In this document: in pieces, positions 27,933-35,414 of the stretch
Position numbering within the stretch: the stretch's first letter is position 1
How the letters are laid out: each line of letters opens with the position of its first letter
Assembly (NCBI GenBank): GCA_036399955.1
Contig: DASWMB010000065.1
Span: forward strand, 1-35,414
Origin: Allosphingosinicella sp.
Lineage (GTDB): Bacteria; Pseudomonadota; Alphaproteobacteria; Sphingomonadales; Sphingomonadaceae
DNA length: 35,414 bases
Direction of reading: 5' to 3'
Position numbers and translations under genes: made by a program
The notes under the pieces: model-generated
What the model saw: only the letters and a program-made list of their open reading frames with translations
The model's database searches: none
Told to the model about the DNA's origin: nothing

Positions 27933-29378
27933 TTGATCGTCGCTGGGCAAGCGGGGGCGACGGTGCAGACGGGGACGAGACCGCTCAAGTTCAGCGAGGC
28001 GCCGGGCGCCGGCGAAGCCTCGTTCCACGCCCTCGCCGACTCGATCGACCAGATGATCTGGTCGACCCGCCCAGACGGCTACCACGATTATTACAACCGC
28101 CGCTGGTACGAATATACCGGCGTGGCGGTCGGTTCGACCGACGGCGAGCGCTGGAACGGCATGTTCCACCCGGAGGACCAGGAGCGGGCCTGGGCCGTGT
28201 GGCGCCGGTCGCTCACGACCGGCCAACCCTATCACATCGAATATCGCCTCCGGCACCGCTCCGGCGAGTATCGCTGGGTGCTGGGGCGCGCGCAGCCGGT
28301 GCGCGGCCCGTCCGGCGAGATCCAGCGCTGGTACGGGACCTGCACCGACATCCACGAGCTGAGGCTGGCGCAGGACGTCGCACGGCGGGCGGAGGAGCGG
28401 TACCGGCTGGCCTTCAGGGCGACCAAGGACGCGATCTGGGACTGCGACCTCACCACCGACGAGCTCGACTGGAACGAGGCGCTCCAGACCGCCTACGGCT
28501 ACGACCCGGAGACGGTGCGGGTGACCGCGGCCTGGTGGCTCGACCACATTCACCGGGACGACCGCGCCCGCGTCGACGCGAGCGCCCGCGCCGCCATCGA
28601 GGGGGAGGGGTCCGACTGGACCGAGGAATATCGCTTCCGCCGCGCCGACGGCAGCTATGCGGAGGTGCGCGACCGGGCGACGATGATCCGCGACGAGCAT
28701 GGTCGCGCGGTGCGGATGATCGGCGCGATGCTCGACCTCACCAGCTGGAAGCGGGCCGAGCAGCACCAGCGCCTCCTGATCAACGAGCTCAACCACAGGG
28801 TGAAGAACACGCTCGCCATCGTTCAGGGGATCGCCCAGCAGACCTTCAGGGGCGAGGCCGCGGCGCCCGCGGCCCGGGAGGCGTTCGAAGGGCGGCTCGC
28901 GGCGCTGTCGGCGGCGCACAACGTCCTCACCGACCGGAGCTGGGCGCCCGTCTCGCTGGTCCAGATCGTCGAGGACGCGATCGCGCCGCACCGGGCTCAG
29001 GCGGACCGCTTCTCGGTCTCCGGGCCGGATGTCGAGCTTCCGCCCAAGGCGGCGGTCTCGCTCGCGCTGACGATCCACGAGCTTTCCACCAACGCCGTCA
29101 AATATGGCGCGCTCTCGGCTCCGGACGGGCGGGTCGAGATCGCGTGGAGCGGCGACGGCGGGCGCCTCCGCCTCGTCTGGCGTGAGAGCGGCGGGCCAGA
29201 GGTAACCGAGCCGCGCCGGCGCGGCTTCGGGACACGGCTGATCGAGCGCGGGCTCGCCGCAGAGCTCGACGGCAGCGCCACGTTCGCATTCCGCCGCGAG
29301 GGCGTCATCTGCACGATCGAAGCGCCGCTTCCGGCCACCGTCCAGCATCTCGACAGATCGGGGAGACCAGAAAAATGA
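27933..29378 (+). CDS. HWE-family sensor histidine kinase with two PAS/PAC domains
   Basis: ELNHRVKN H-box, HELSTNAVKYGALS, WRESGG, GFG; HPED and HRDD PAS motifs; start uncertain. Confidence 0.93.
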   Translation: MIVAGQAGATVQTGTRPLKFSEAPGAGEASFHALADSIDQMIWSTRPDGYHDYYNRRWYEYTGVAVGSTDGERWNGMFHPEDQERAWAVWRRSLTTGQPYHIEYRLRHRSGEYRWVLGRAQPVRGPSGEIQRWYGTCTDIHELRLAQDVARRAEERYRLAFRATKDAIWDCDLTTDELDWNEALQTAYGYDPETVRVTAAWWLDHIHRDDRARVDASARAAIEGEGSDWTEEYRFRRADGSYAEVRDRATMIRDEHGRAVRMIGAMLDLTSWKRAEQHQRLLINELNHRVKNTLAIVQGIAQQTFRGEAAAPAAREAFEGRLAALSAAHNVLTDRSWAPVSLVQIVEDAIAPHRAQADRFSVSGPDVELPPKAAVSLALTIHELSTNAVKYGALSAPDGRVEIAWSGDGGRLRLVWRESGGPEVTEPRRRGFGTRLIERGLAAELDGSATFAFRREGVICTIEAPLPATVQHLDRSGRPEK

Positions 29379-29626
29379 ACCAGCGCGCCTTCATCCAGAC
29401 GATGATCGCCCTCGCCTCCGCCTCGCTCGGCCTCGTCGCCGCTCTCGCGTGGAACGAGGCGATCAAGGCGACGCTCGCCAGGCTCGGCCTCGGCGACGAT
29501 CTTGTCGGCCTCTACACCTACGCGATCCTGGCGACGGTGCTCGCCATCGTCATCCTGGTCTGGCTCGGCAGGATCGCCGCGCGCATCGGCGGCGAAGCCG
29601 CGATTACGCGGGAAGCCGAGGGCTGA
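29375..29626 (+). CDS. DUF5654-like small membrane protein
   Basis: GLVAALAWNEAIK motif, two TM segments, ATGA overlap with the kinase stop. Confidence 0.75.
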   Translation: MNQRAFIQTMIALASASLGLVAALAWNEAIKATLARLGLGDDLVGLYTYAILATVLAIVILVWLGRIAARIGGEAAITREAEG

Positions 29627-30929
29627 GGGGCCCGCCCTCCGGCTCCGCCGGGCGGAAGGCGCGGCGCAGCCGGGCGATGAGGCCGTTGCGCTCGATCCAT
29701 TCGGCGTAGCGGCGATAATCGGGGTCGGCCATCAGGTGCCGCTCCTCGGTCCTGGCCCGCCAGTAATAGACGCCGCTGACGATGCCGAGGAGCGCGGTGT
29801 TGCGGATCATGTCCGCCGGGTCGCCGGTCGTCGCGAGGAACGGGAGCGTCATCAGCCACCAGGTGATGTTCTTCGAAATATAGGCCGGGTGCTTGGTCCA
29901 GGCATAGGGGCCGTGAGTCAGGATGCCGCGGTGGGTGAGGTTCGAGAAGCGCGGCCCGAATGCGACCGTCGCCCAGGCATAGACGCAGTGGAGAAAGGCG
30001 ATGGCGATGCCGACTGCAACCATCGCCAGCGGCCAGCTGTCGAGCCAGTAGGTCCATTCGCCGGTGCCGGAGCGGTAATCGAGCGGCCCGCCGCCCTGCA
30101 TCGGGCTGAAGGGCGGATAGCAGAGCAGGGCGGCGATCCAGGCCACCGCGAATGGATTGGCCGAGCGGATGTGCGAATCGAGCGGCTTCAGCGTCAGCAT
30201 GTAGCCGACCGTCGCGAAGCTCACGTCGACCATGAAGCTGGCATGGGCGAGCCAGATCGTGAAATTGATCGGATTGGCCGTGATGTCGCGGCTGCTCGGT
30301 GCGATCACGACCTCCCAATTGTAGGGCAGCGCCGAGATCATGAAGGCGAGGAAGAAGCCCTTGATCGCCCAGCCGCGGGCATAATCCTGGAGCACCGCCG
30401 GGTCGGCGAGATGCCGCCGCCCGGCGACCAGCTGGCCGAAATGCCAGGCGCCGTCGCGCACGTCCTCCACCCGCCGGTCCAGCCAGATGATATAGGGGAT
30501 CGAAACGACGAGCAGGCCGATCGATCCGATGCCGAGCACGTACATGGCGAACAGATACTGGCCGTCCCAGTACCAGCGGCCGATGCAGTAGGCGAAGGCG
30601 ATGATCGCCCATGTCGCCCACAATCCCGCGATCTTGACGATGCTGCCGTCGAGGGTGTCGCGGAGCGGGCGCGCCGGACGGTCCCAGGCGATGCCGGTGC
30701 TCGCATGGCGATGGACCTTGTCGACGAGCAGCGACCAGAGGATCATCGGCACGCCGCAGGCGACGAGCGCGGCCAGTGCGGCGAAGGGTCCGACCATGCC
30801 GTAGGCCCGGGACGCCGCCGTCCAGGCGAGGAGGCCGAGGCAGCCGGCCAGGCCGACACCGGTGCTGACAGCCGATTTCGGCCTCTCGTCGGCGGCGAAG
30901 GACGCCGCAATCTGGCTCTGCGCGTTCAT
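29604..30929 (-). CDS. isoprenylcysteine carboxyl methyltransferase-family membrane protein
   Basis: Multiple TM segments; C-terminal RGILTHGPYAWTKHPAY and RARTEERHL..Y..Y. Confidence 0.8.
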   Translation of the reverse strand: MNAQSQIAASFAADERPKSAVSTGVGLAGCLGLLAWTAASRAYGMVGPFAALAALVACGVPMILWSLLVDKVHRHASTGIAWDRPARPLRDTLDGSIVKIAGLWATWAIIAFAYCIGRWYWDGQYLFAMYVLGIGSIGLLVVSIPYIIWLDRRVEDVRDGAWHFGQLVAGRRHLADPAVLQDYARGWAIKGFFLAFMISALPYNWEVVIAPSSRDITANPINFTIWLAHASFMVDVSFATVGYMLTLKPLDSHIRSANPFAVAWIAALLCYPPFSPMQGGGPLDYRSGTGEWTYWLDSWPLAMVAVGIAIAFLHCVYAWATVAFGPRFSNLTHRGILTHGPYAWTKHPAYISKNITWWLMTLPFLATTGDPADMIRNTALLGIVSGVYYWRARTEERHLMADPDYRRYAEWIERNGLIARLRRAFRPAEPEGGPLSPRLPA

Positions 30930-31060
30930 GGCAGGAGGATTATCCCAGGGGACCGGTGCGAGTCGTTAATGGCGGCGCCCGCCGAAGCTGCGGTCCCGCT
31001 CTGGCACGGCCGCGGCGGGCGCGTTAACAGCCCCGCCCGATCCAGCCCGAGGAGCCGCCA

Positions 31061-32107
31061 ATGCCCCCACCCCTCCCCTACAGCGCCGACGAGCAACGAT
31101 ATGACGGACGCATGCCCTACCGCCGCTGCGGGCGGAGCGGGCTCGAGCTTCCCGCCGTTTCCCTCGGGCTGTGGCAGAATTTCGGCGGCGCGGACGTGTT
31201 CGAGACGGGTCGCGCGATCCTCCGCCGTGCCTTCGACCGCGGCGTCACCCATTTCGACCTCGCCAACAATTACGGCCCGCCCTACGGATCGGCCGAGGAG
31301 AATTTCGGCCGCGTCCTGGCAGCTGACTTCAGGAGCCACCGCGACGAGCTGATCGTCTCGACCAAGGCGGGCTGGGACATGTGGCCCGGGCCCTATGGCG
31401 ATATCGGCGGCAGCCGGAAATATCTCGTCGCGAGTTGCGAGCAGAGCCTCAAGCGGCTGGGGGTCGACTATGTCGACATCTTCTACTCGCACCGGGTCGA
31501 TCCGAAGACGCCGCTCGAGGAGACGATGGGCGCCCTCGCCCACCTCCACCGCCAGGGCAAGGCGCTCTATGTCGGCATCTCATCCTATTCGCCCGAGCTG
31601 ACGCGGCGGGCGCAGGAGATCCTCGCCGCCGAACGGGTGCCGCTCCTCATCCACCAGCCGAGCTACTCGATGCTCAACCGCTGGATCGAGCAGGGGCTGC
31701 TCGACACGCTTGAAGCGCTCGGCGTCGGCTGCATCGCCTTCTCGCCGCTGGCCCAGGGCCTGCTCACCTCCAAATATCTGAATGGGGTTCCGGAAGGGGC
31801 ACGGGCGAGCAAGGGCGGATCGCTGCGGGAAGGACAGCTCAACGAGGATAATCTCGGCCGCATCCGCGCGCTCAACGCGATTGCGGAGCGCCGCGGCCAG
31901 ACGCTGGCGCAGATGGCGATCGCGTGGGTGCTGCGCGATCCGCGCGTCACCTCGGCGCTGATCGGCGCCCGCACCGTCGAGCAGCTTGACGACAGCCTCG
32001 ACGCCGTGAACGGCGCACCGTTCTGCGACGAGGAGCTGGCGGAGATCGACCTCTACGCCGGCGAGGGCGGCATCAACATCTGGAAGGTGTCCTCGGAGAT
32101 CAGCTGA
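31061..32107 (+). CDS. gpr: L-glyceraldehyde 3-phosphate reductase (aldo/keto reductase, YghZ-like)
   Basis: SLGLWQNFG, HFDLANNYGPPYGSAE, STKAG, YVDIFYSHR, IHQPSYSM. Confidence 0.92.
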   Translation: MPPPLPYSADEQRYDGRMPYRRCGRSGLELPAVSLGLWQNFGGADVFETGRAILRRAFDRGVTHFDLANNYGPPYGSAEENFGRVLAADFRSHRDELIVSTKAGWDMWPGPYGDIGGSRKYLVASCEQSLKRLGVDYVDIFYSHRVDPKTPLEETMGALAHLHRQGKALYVGISSYSPELTRRAQEILAAERVPLLIHQPSYSMLNRWIEQGLLDTLEALGVGCIAFSPLAQGLLTSKYLNGVPEGARASKGGSLREGQLNEDNLGRIRALNAIAERRGQTLAQMAIAWVLRDPRVTSALIGARTVEQLDDSLDAVNGAPFCDEELAEIDLYAGEGGINIWKVSSEIS

Positions 32108-32936
32108 GCGCCGGTGCGAGGTCCGGCAGCGCGTCAAGCTCCTCGTAAAGGGCCGGAAGGTCCGCGCCTTCGATCCTGCGCAGCAAATCGTCGAAGCTGT
32201 CGATCACGAAATAGGCCTCCTGGAAGGCGTTGCTCCTGTAGGTCGTGCGCAGCACCTGCTCGAGATCGAAGCGCGGGCGGCTCGGCTCGGGGCTTTCGAG
32301 GCTGAAACGGGATTCGCCAAAGCTCGACAGGATGCCGGCGCCGAAGATGCGCAGCTCCCCCTCATCGCGGGCGAGGCCGAACTCGACGGTGTACCAGTAG
32401 AGCCGCGCGAGGCGGTGAATCTGGCCGCGGCCAAGCGCATCGAGCCCAAGCTCGCCGAGGCGCTGCATGAAGTCCGCGACCGCTGGGAGCGCGAGCAGCG
32501 GGACGTGGCCGAAGACGTCGTGGAACACGTCCGGCTCCTCGAGATAATCGAGCTGCGCGGCCGAGCGGATGAAGTTGCCGGCGGGGAAGCGGCGCTTCGA
32601 AAGATGATCGAAGAAAATATCGTCCGGCACGAGGCCGGGGACCGAGACGACCTGCCAGCCGGTGCGGCCGAACAGGCGCTCATTGAGCTCGTCCAGCTCA
32701 GGTATGCCGGGGCGGGAGAGGCTGAGGACGTCCAGCCCTTCCTCGAAGGCGCGGACGGCGCGGCCGTGCAGCATCTCCTGCTGGCGGGCGAAGAGCAGGT
32801 CCCAGACGCGATGATCCTCCGGCGTGAACCGCTCCCAGCGCTGCGGGATCGTCCAGTCGGCCGCGCAGCCGGGCGACGGCAGCGACGACGCGGACGCGCG
32901 CGGCGGCGCGAGATCGAGCGAGAAATCGGTGAACAT
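32100..32936 (-). CDS. phhA: phenylalanine 4-monooxygenase
   Basis: YLEEPDVFHDVFGHVP iron motif, RLYWYTVEFG, GAGILSS.GE. Confidence 0.95.
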   Translation of the reverse strand: MFTDFSLDLAPPRASASSLPSPGCAADWTIPQRWERFTPEDHRVWDLLFARQQEMLHGRAVRAFEEGLDVLSLSRPGIPELDELNERLFGRTGWQVVSVPGLVPDDIFFDHLSKRRFPAGNFIRSAAQLDYLEEPDVFHDVFGHVPLLALPAVADFMQRLGELGLDALGRGQIHRLARLYWYTVEFGLARDEGELRIFGAGILSSFGESRFSLESPEPSRPRFDLEQVLRTTYRSNAFQEAYFVIDSFDDLLRRIEGADLPALYEELDALPDLAPALS

Positions 32937-32956
32937 CGGAAGCTTTCCTTCGAGAC

Positions 32957-32989
32957 AAAGAAAACCCCGCCCGGAAATCCGGACGGGGC
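32957..32989 (-). terminator. attenuator terminator upstream of phhA
   Basis: CCCCGTCCGG-ATTT-CCGGGCGGGG then TTTTCTTT on the minus strand, about 20 nt before the phhA ATG. Confidence 0.8.
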
Positions 32990-33022
32990 GATCGAGAAGC
33001 TGAGCCGGGTAGCGTCAGCGCG

Positions 33023-33127
33023 TCAGATCGGTCCCGCCCGGGCGGTGCCGTAATAATGATAAGCCGCAGCGGCGAGTGCGGGGCCGGAGGCGCGCGGATC
33101 GCTGGACTGGGTGCTGCGGTTCGTCAT
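33023..33127 (-). CDS. putative Tyr-rich leader peptide of phhA (34 aa)
   Basis: MTNRSTQSSDPRASGPALAAAAYHYYGTARAGPI; GAGGAG SD; terminator follows. Confidence 0.75.
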   Translation of the reverse strand: MTNRSTQSSDPRASGPALAAAAYHYYGTARAGPI

Positions 33128-33200
33128 CTCGCTCCTCGCTGGCGGCTCGGCGCCGTCATGTCAACGCCGCTCTTTTTGCGCGGCCGCGGCTGAACGGACG

Positions 33201-33232
33201 TTGACCGGTCCCAATTCGCCCGATAGCTATGT
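33201..33232 (+). promoter_or_regulatory. sigma70-type promoter of the trp leader (probably leaderless mRNA)
   Basis: TTGACC at 33201, GCTATGT at 33226, ATG at 33240 with no SD. Confidence 0.5.
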
Positions 33233-33239
33233 GCTCGTA

Positions 33240-33332
33240 ATGACGGCCGAATTCCGCATCGCGCGCAACGCTCCGGGCTGCTGGTGGCGCTGGCCCCCGC
33301 ATATCCAAGGCGCGCGCCCAGCGATCGACTAG
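33240..33332 (+). CDS. trpL: trp operon leader peptide (30 aa)
   Basis: MTAEFRIARNAPGCWWRWPPHIQGARPAID; Trp cluster; terminator follows; upstream of aroF-trpE. Confidence 0.85.
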   Translation: MTAEFRIARNAPGCWWRWPPHIQGARPAID

Positions 33333-33363
33333 CCGAAGCGAAAAGCTTCCTGAAGCGACTCCC

Positions 33364-33392
33364 AGGCCCGCCCTCACCAGGCGGGCTTTTTG
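33364..33392 (+). terminator. trp attenuator terminator
   Basis: GCCCGCC-CTCACCA-GGCGGGC followed by TTTTT. Confidence 0.85.
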
Positions 33393-33422
33393 TCGTCCCT
33401 TTTGTTGAACTGGAAACCTCGA

Positions 33423-34439
33423 ATGATCATCGTCCTGAAGCGCGAAGCCCCTCCCGAGACGGCGCAGGAGCTGCTGGAAAAGATCGCCGCAAAGGGGCTG
33501 AAGCCGCTCCACATGCCGGGCACCGAACGGGTCGTCCTCGGCGCACTGGGCGACGAGCGGGTGCTCGCCGAGCTCGCGCTGGACAGCCATCCGATGGTCG
33601 AATCGCTGAAGCCGATCCTCGCGCCCTACAAGCTGGTCAGCCGCGAGATGCACCCGCACGACACCATCGTGCGGCTCGGCAAGGCGGCCATCGGCGGCCG
33701 CGGCTTCACCGTCATCGCCGGCCCCTGCGCGGTCGAGACCGAAAGCCAGATGCGCAACACCGCCCGCCTCGCGAAGGCGGCGGGCGCGCACGGCCTGCGC
33801 GCCGGCGCGTTCAAGCCGAGGACGAGCCCCTATGCCTTCCAGGGGCACGGCCTCGAGGGCCTGAAGCTGCTGCGCGCGACCGGCGACGAGTTCGGCCTGC
33901 CGGTCGTCACCGAGGTGATGGAGACGGGCGATGTCGGCATCGTCGCCGAATATGCCGACGCGCTCCAGATCGGCGCGCGCAACATGCAGAACTTCTCGCT
34001 GCTCAAGGCCGTCGGCCGGGCGGGCAAGCCGGTGGTGCTGAAGCGCGGCATGGCGGCCAAGGTCGAGGACCTGCTGCTTGCCGCAGAATATCTCCTCGCC
34101 GAAGGCAACGGCGACGTCATCCTGTGCGAGCGCGGCATCCGCACCTTCGAGACGGCGACCCGCAACACGCTCGATCTCAATGCCATCCCCTACATCAAGC
34201 AGAGGTCGCATCTGCCGGTGCTGGTGGACCCCTCGCACGGGACGGGCGTCCGCGACTTCGTGATCCCGATGGCGCTTGCAGCGGCGGCCTGCGGTGCCGA
34301 CGGGATCCTCGTCGAGATGCACGAGAACCCGGCCGTCGCCTGGTCCGACGGCGCCCAGTCGCTCTACCCGGAGGGCTTTGAGCAGTTGATGGCGGCGCTG
34401 GCGCCGGTGGTCGCGGCGGTCGGGCGGCAGCTGGCATGA
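33423..34439 (+). CDS. aroF: DAHP synthase type I-beta with N-terminal regulatory domain
   Basis: IAGPCAVE, FKPRTSPY, QIGARNMQN, LCERGIRTFE, VDPSHGTG, SDGAQSL. Confidence 0.93.
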   Translation: MIIVLKREAPPETAQELLEKIAAKGLKPLHMPGTERVVLGALGDERVLAELALDSHPMVESLKPILAPYKLVSREMHPHDTIVRLGKAAIGGRGFTVIAGPCAVETESQMRNTARLAKAAGAHGLRAGAFKPRTSPYAFQGHGLEGLKLLRATGDEFGLPVVTEVMETGDVGIVAEYADALQIGARNMQNFSLLKAVGRAGKPVVLKRGMAAKVEDLLLAAEYLLAEGNGDVILCERGIRTFETATRNTLDLNAIPYIKQRSHLPVLVDPSHGTGVRDFVIPMALAAAACGADGILVEMHENPAVAWSDGAQSLYPEGFEQLMAALAPVVAAVGRQLA

Positions 34440-35414
34440 ACGCGCTCCACCCAGGCGGCGGAACGGCGCGGGCGCTGACCCGGCGGCTCGCGGCGGGCGC
34501 CGACCGGCTGGCCTTGTACGCCGCGCTGAGCGATGGCGGGACCCGCGGCGATACAATGCTGCTGGAGACGCTCGGCGGACCGAGCCTGATCCTCGACCAA
34601 GCGGCGGTGCGGATCGAATGCCGCGAGGGCGAGGTGACGCTGACCCGGCTCACAGCCGGCGGGGCGGCGGTGCTGGCGACGGTCGAGCGCACGCTCTCCC
34701 ACCGCGTCGCCGAGCGATCCGCGGATCGGCTCGTGCTCCGGTTTCCGCGGATAGCCGGCGACGATGCCGAGCAGCGCCTGCTCAGTCCTTCGCCGTTCGA
34801 CGTGCTCCGCGCGCTGACCGGCGGCGTCCGCGCCGAGACGCCGGAAGAGCCGTTCACGCTGACGCTGCTCGGCGTCGTGGCGTTCGATCATGTCGACCTG
34901 TTCGAGGATCTCCCCGCCCCTGCCGAGGATCCGCTGGGCTTCCCCGACTTCATCTTCTGGGTCGCCGAATCGCTGGTGGTCGCCGAGCCGGGCCTCGCGC
35001 CGCGGCTGGTCTGCACCTCGTTCGGCAGCGATCCGGACGAGGCGTTGCGCGGCGAGAACAGCGCCGCCGAGCGGCTCGCGGAGCTTGCTGAATGCTGCGA
35101 AGCCGCCCCCGCTTCCCTGCTGCACACCAAACCTCGTTCGTCCCGAGCGATGTCGAGGGGCGCAGGCGCGGACTCCGTGCAGTCGCCCCTCGACTGCGCT
35201 CGGGACGAACGGAATCCTCACTCGTCACCTAATCCGCCTTCCGTGCCCGAGGCGGTGCCCGATCTGGACGACTGCGAATATGCGGCGCTCGTCGGGCGGA
35301 TGAAGGAGCATGTGCTGGCCGGCGACGTCTACCAGATCGTCCCCTCGCGCACCTTCCGCGCCCCCTGCGTCGACGCCATCGCCTCCTTCGCAGCCGTGCG
35401 CCGGCTCGACCGAA
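34436..35414 (+). CDS. trpE: anthranilate synthase component I (3' end truncated by window edge; not in ORF track)
   Basis: Hand translation: LLET, FDVLRAL, AFDHVDLFEDLP, PDFIFWVAE, MKEHVLAGDVYQIVPSRTF; ATGA overlap with aroF. Confidence 0.88.
   Translation, partial: MNALHPGGGTARALTRRLAAGADRLALYAALSDGGTRGDTMLLETLGGPSLILDQAAVRIECREGEVTLTRLTAGGAAVLATVERTLSHRVAERSADRLVLRFPRIAGDDAEQRLLSPSPFDVLRALTGGVRAETPEEPFTLTLLGVVAFDHVDLFEDLPAPAEDPLGFPDFIFWVAESLVVAEPGLAPRLVCTSFGSDPDEALRGENSAAERLAELAECCEAAPASLLHTKPRSSRAMSRGAGADSVQSPLDCARDERNPHSSPNPPSVPEAVPDLDDCEYAALVGRMKEHVLAGDVYQIVPSRTFRAPCVDAIASFAAVRRLDR
35135..35211. repeat. REP-like palindromic element (family A) in frame inside trpE
   Basis: 28-bp arms CGTTCGTCCCGAGCGATGTCGAGGGGCG / CGCCCCTCGACTGCGCTCGGGACGAACG with 2 mismatches. 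Confidence 0.8.

Noticed and set aside
29604-32107. Convergent gene-end overlaps (29604-29626 and 32100-32107)
   Set aside because: Short overlaps are common in GC-rich genomes and there is no evidence of function
33159-33164. TTGACA on the minus strand as the phhA leader promoter
   Set aside because: No credible -10 at proper spacing, and the implied TSS would cut off the SD

Overview
High-GC alphaproteobacterial chromosomal segment, most likely Sphingomonadales judging from gene content and repeats. It carries housekeeping and metabolic genes (acs, scoAB, a TPP enzyme, an MFS transporter, gpr), a large RTX-repeat secreted protein, and a general-stress block (csbD, pcm-esterase fusion, ku-ligD, HWE kinase) with several EcfG-type GGAAC-N16/17-xGTT promoters. 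There is also a cytochrome c'/cytochrome b pair and a divergent aromatic amino acid locus (phhA <- -> aroF-trpE). Three things stand out. (1) An unassigned biosynthetic-looking cluster at 20658-24698: an ATP-grasp/PLP-decarboxylase fusion, a transglutaminase-like protein, a putative Fe(II) cupin oxygenase and a 54-aa double-glycine-leader peptide missed by the ORF track; a second GG-leader peptide lies at 10010-10237. (2) Back-to-back attenuators: a Trp leader (WWRW) for aroF-trpE and an apparent Tyr-sensing leader (YHYY) with terminator for phhA. (3) Two families of palindromic repeats, each present once between genes and once in frame inside a protein (LigD, TrpE). No rRNA, tRNA, CRISPR array or transposase was seen. 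All calls rest on motif recognition by eye; no searches were run.
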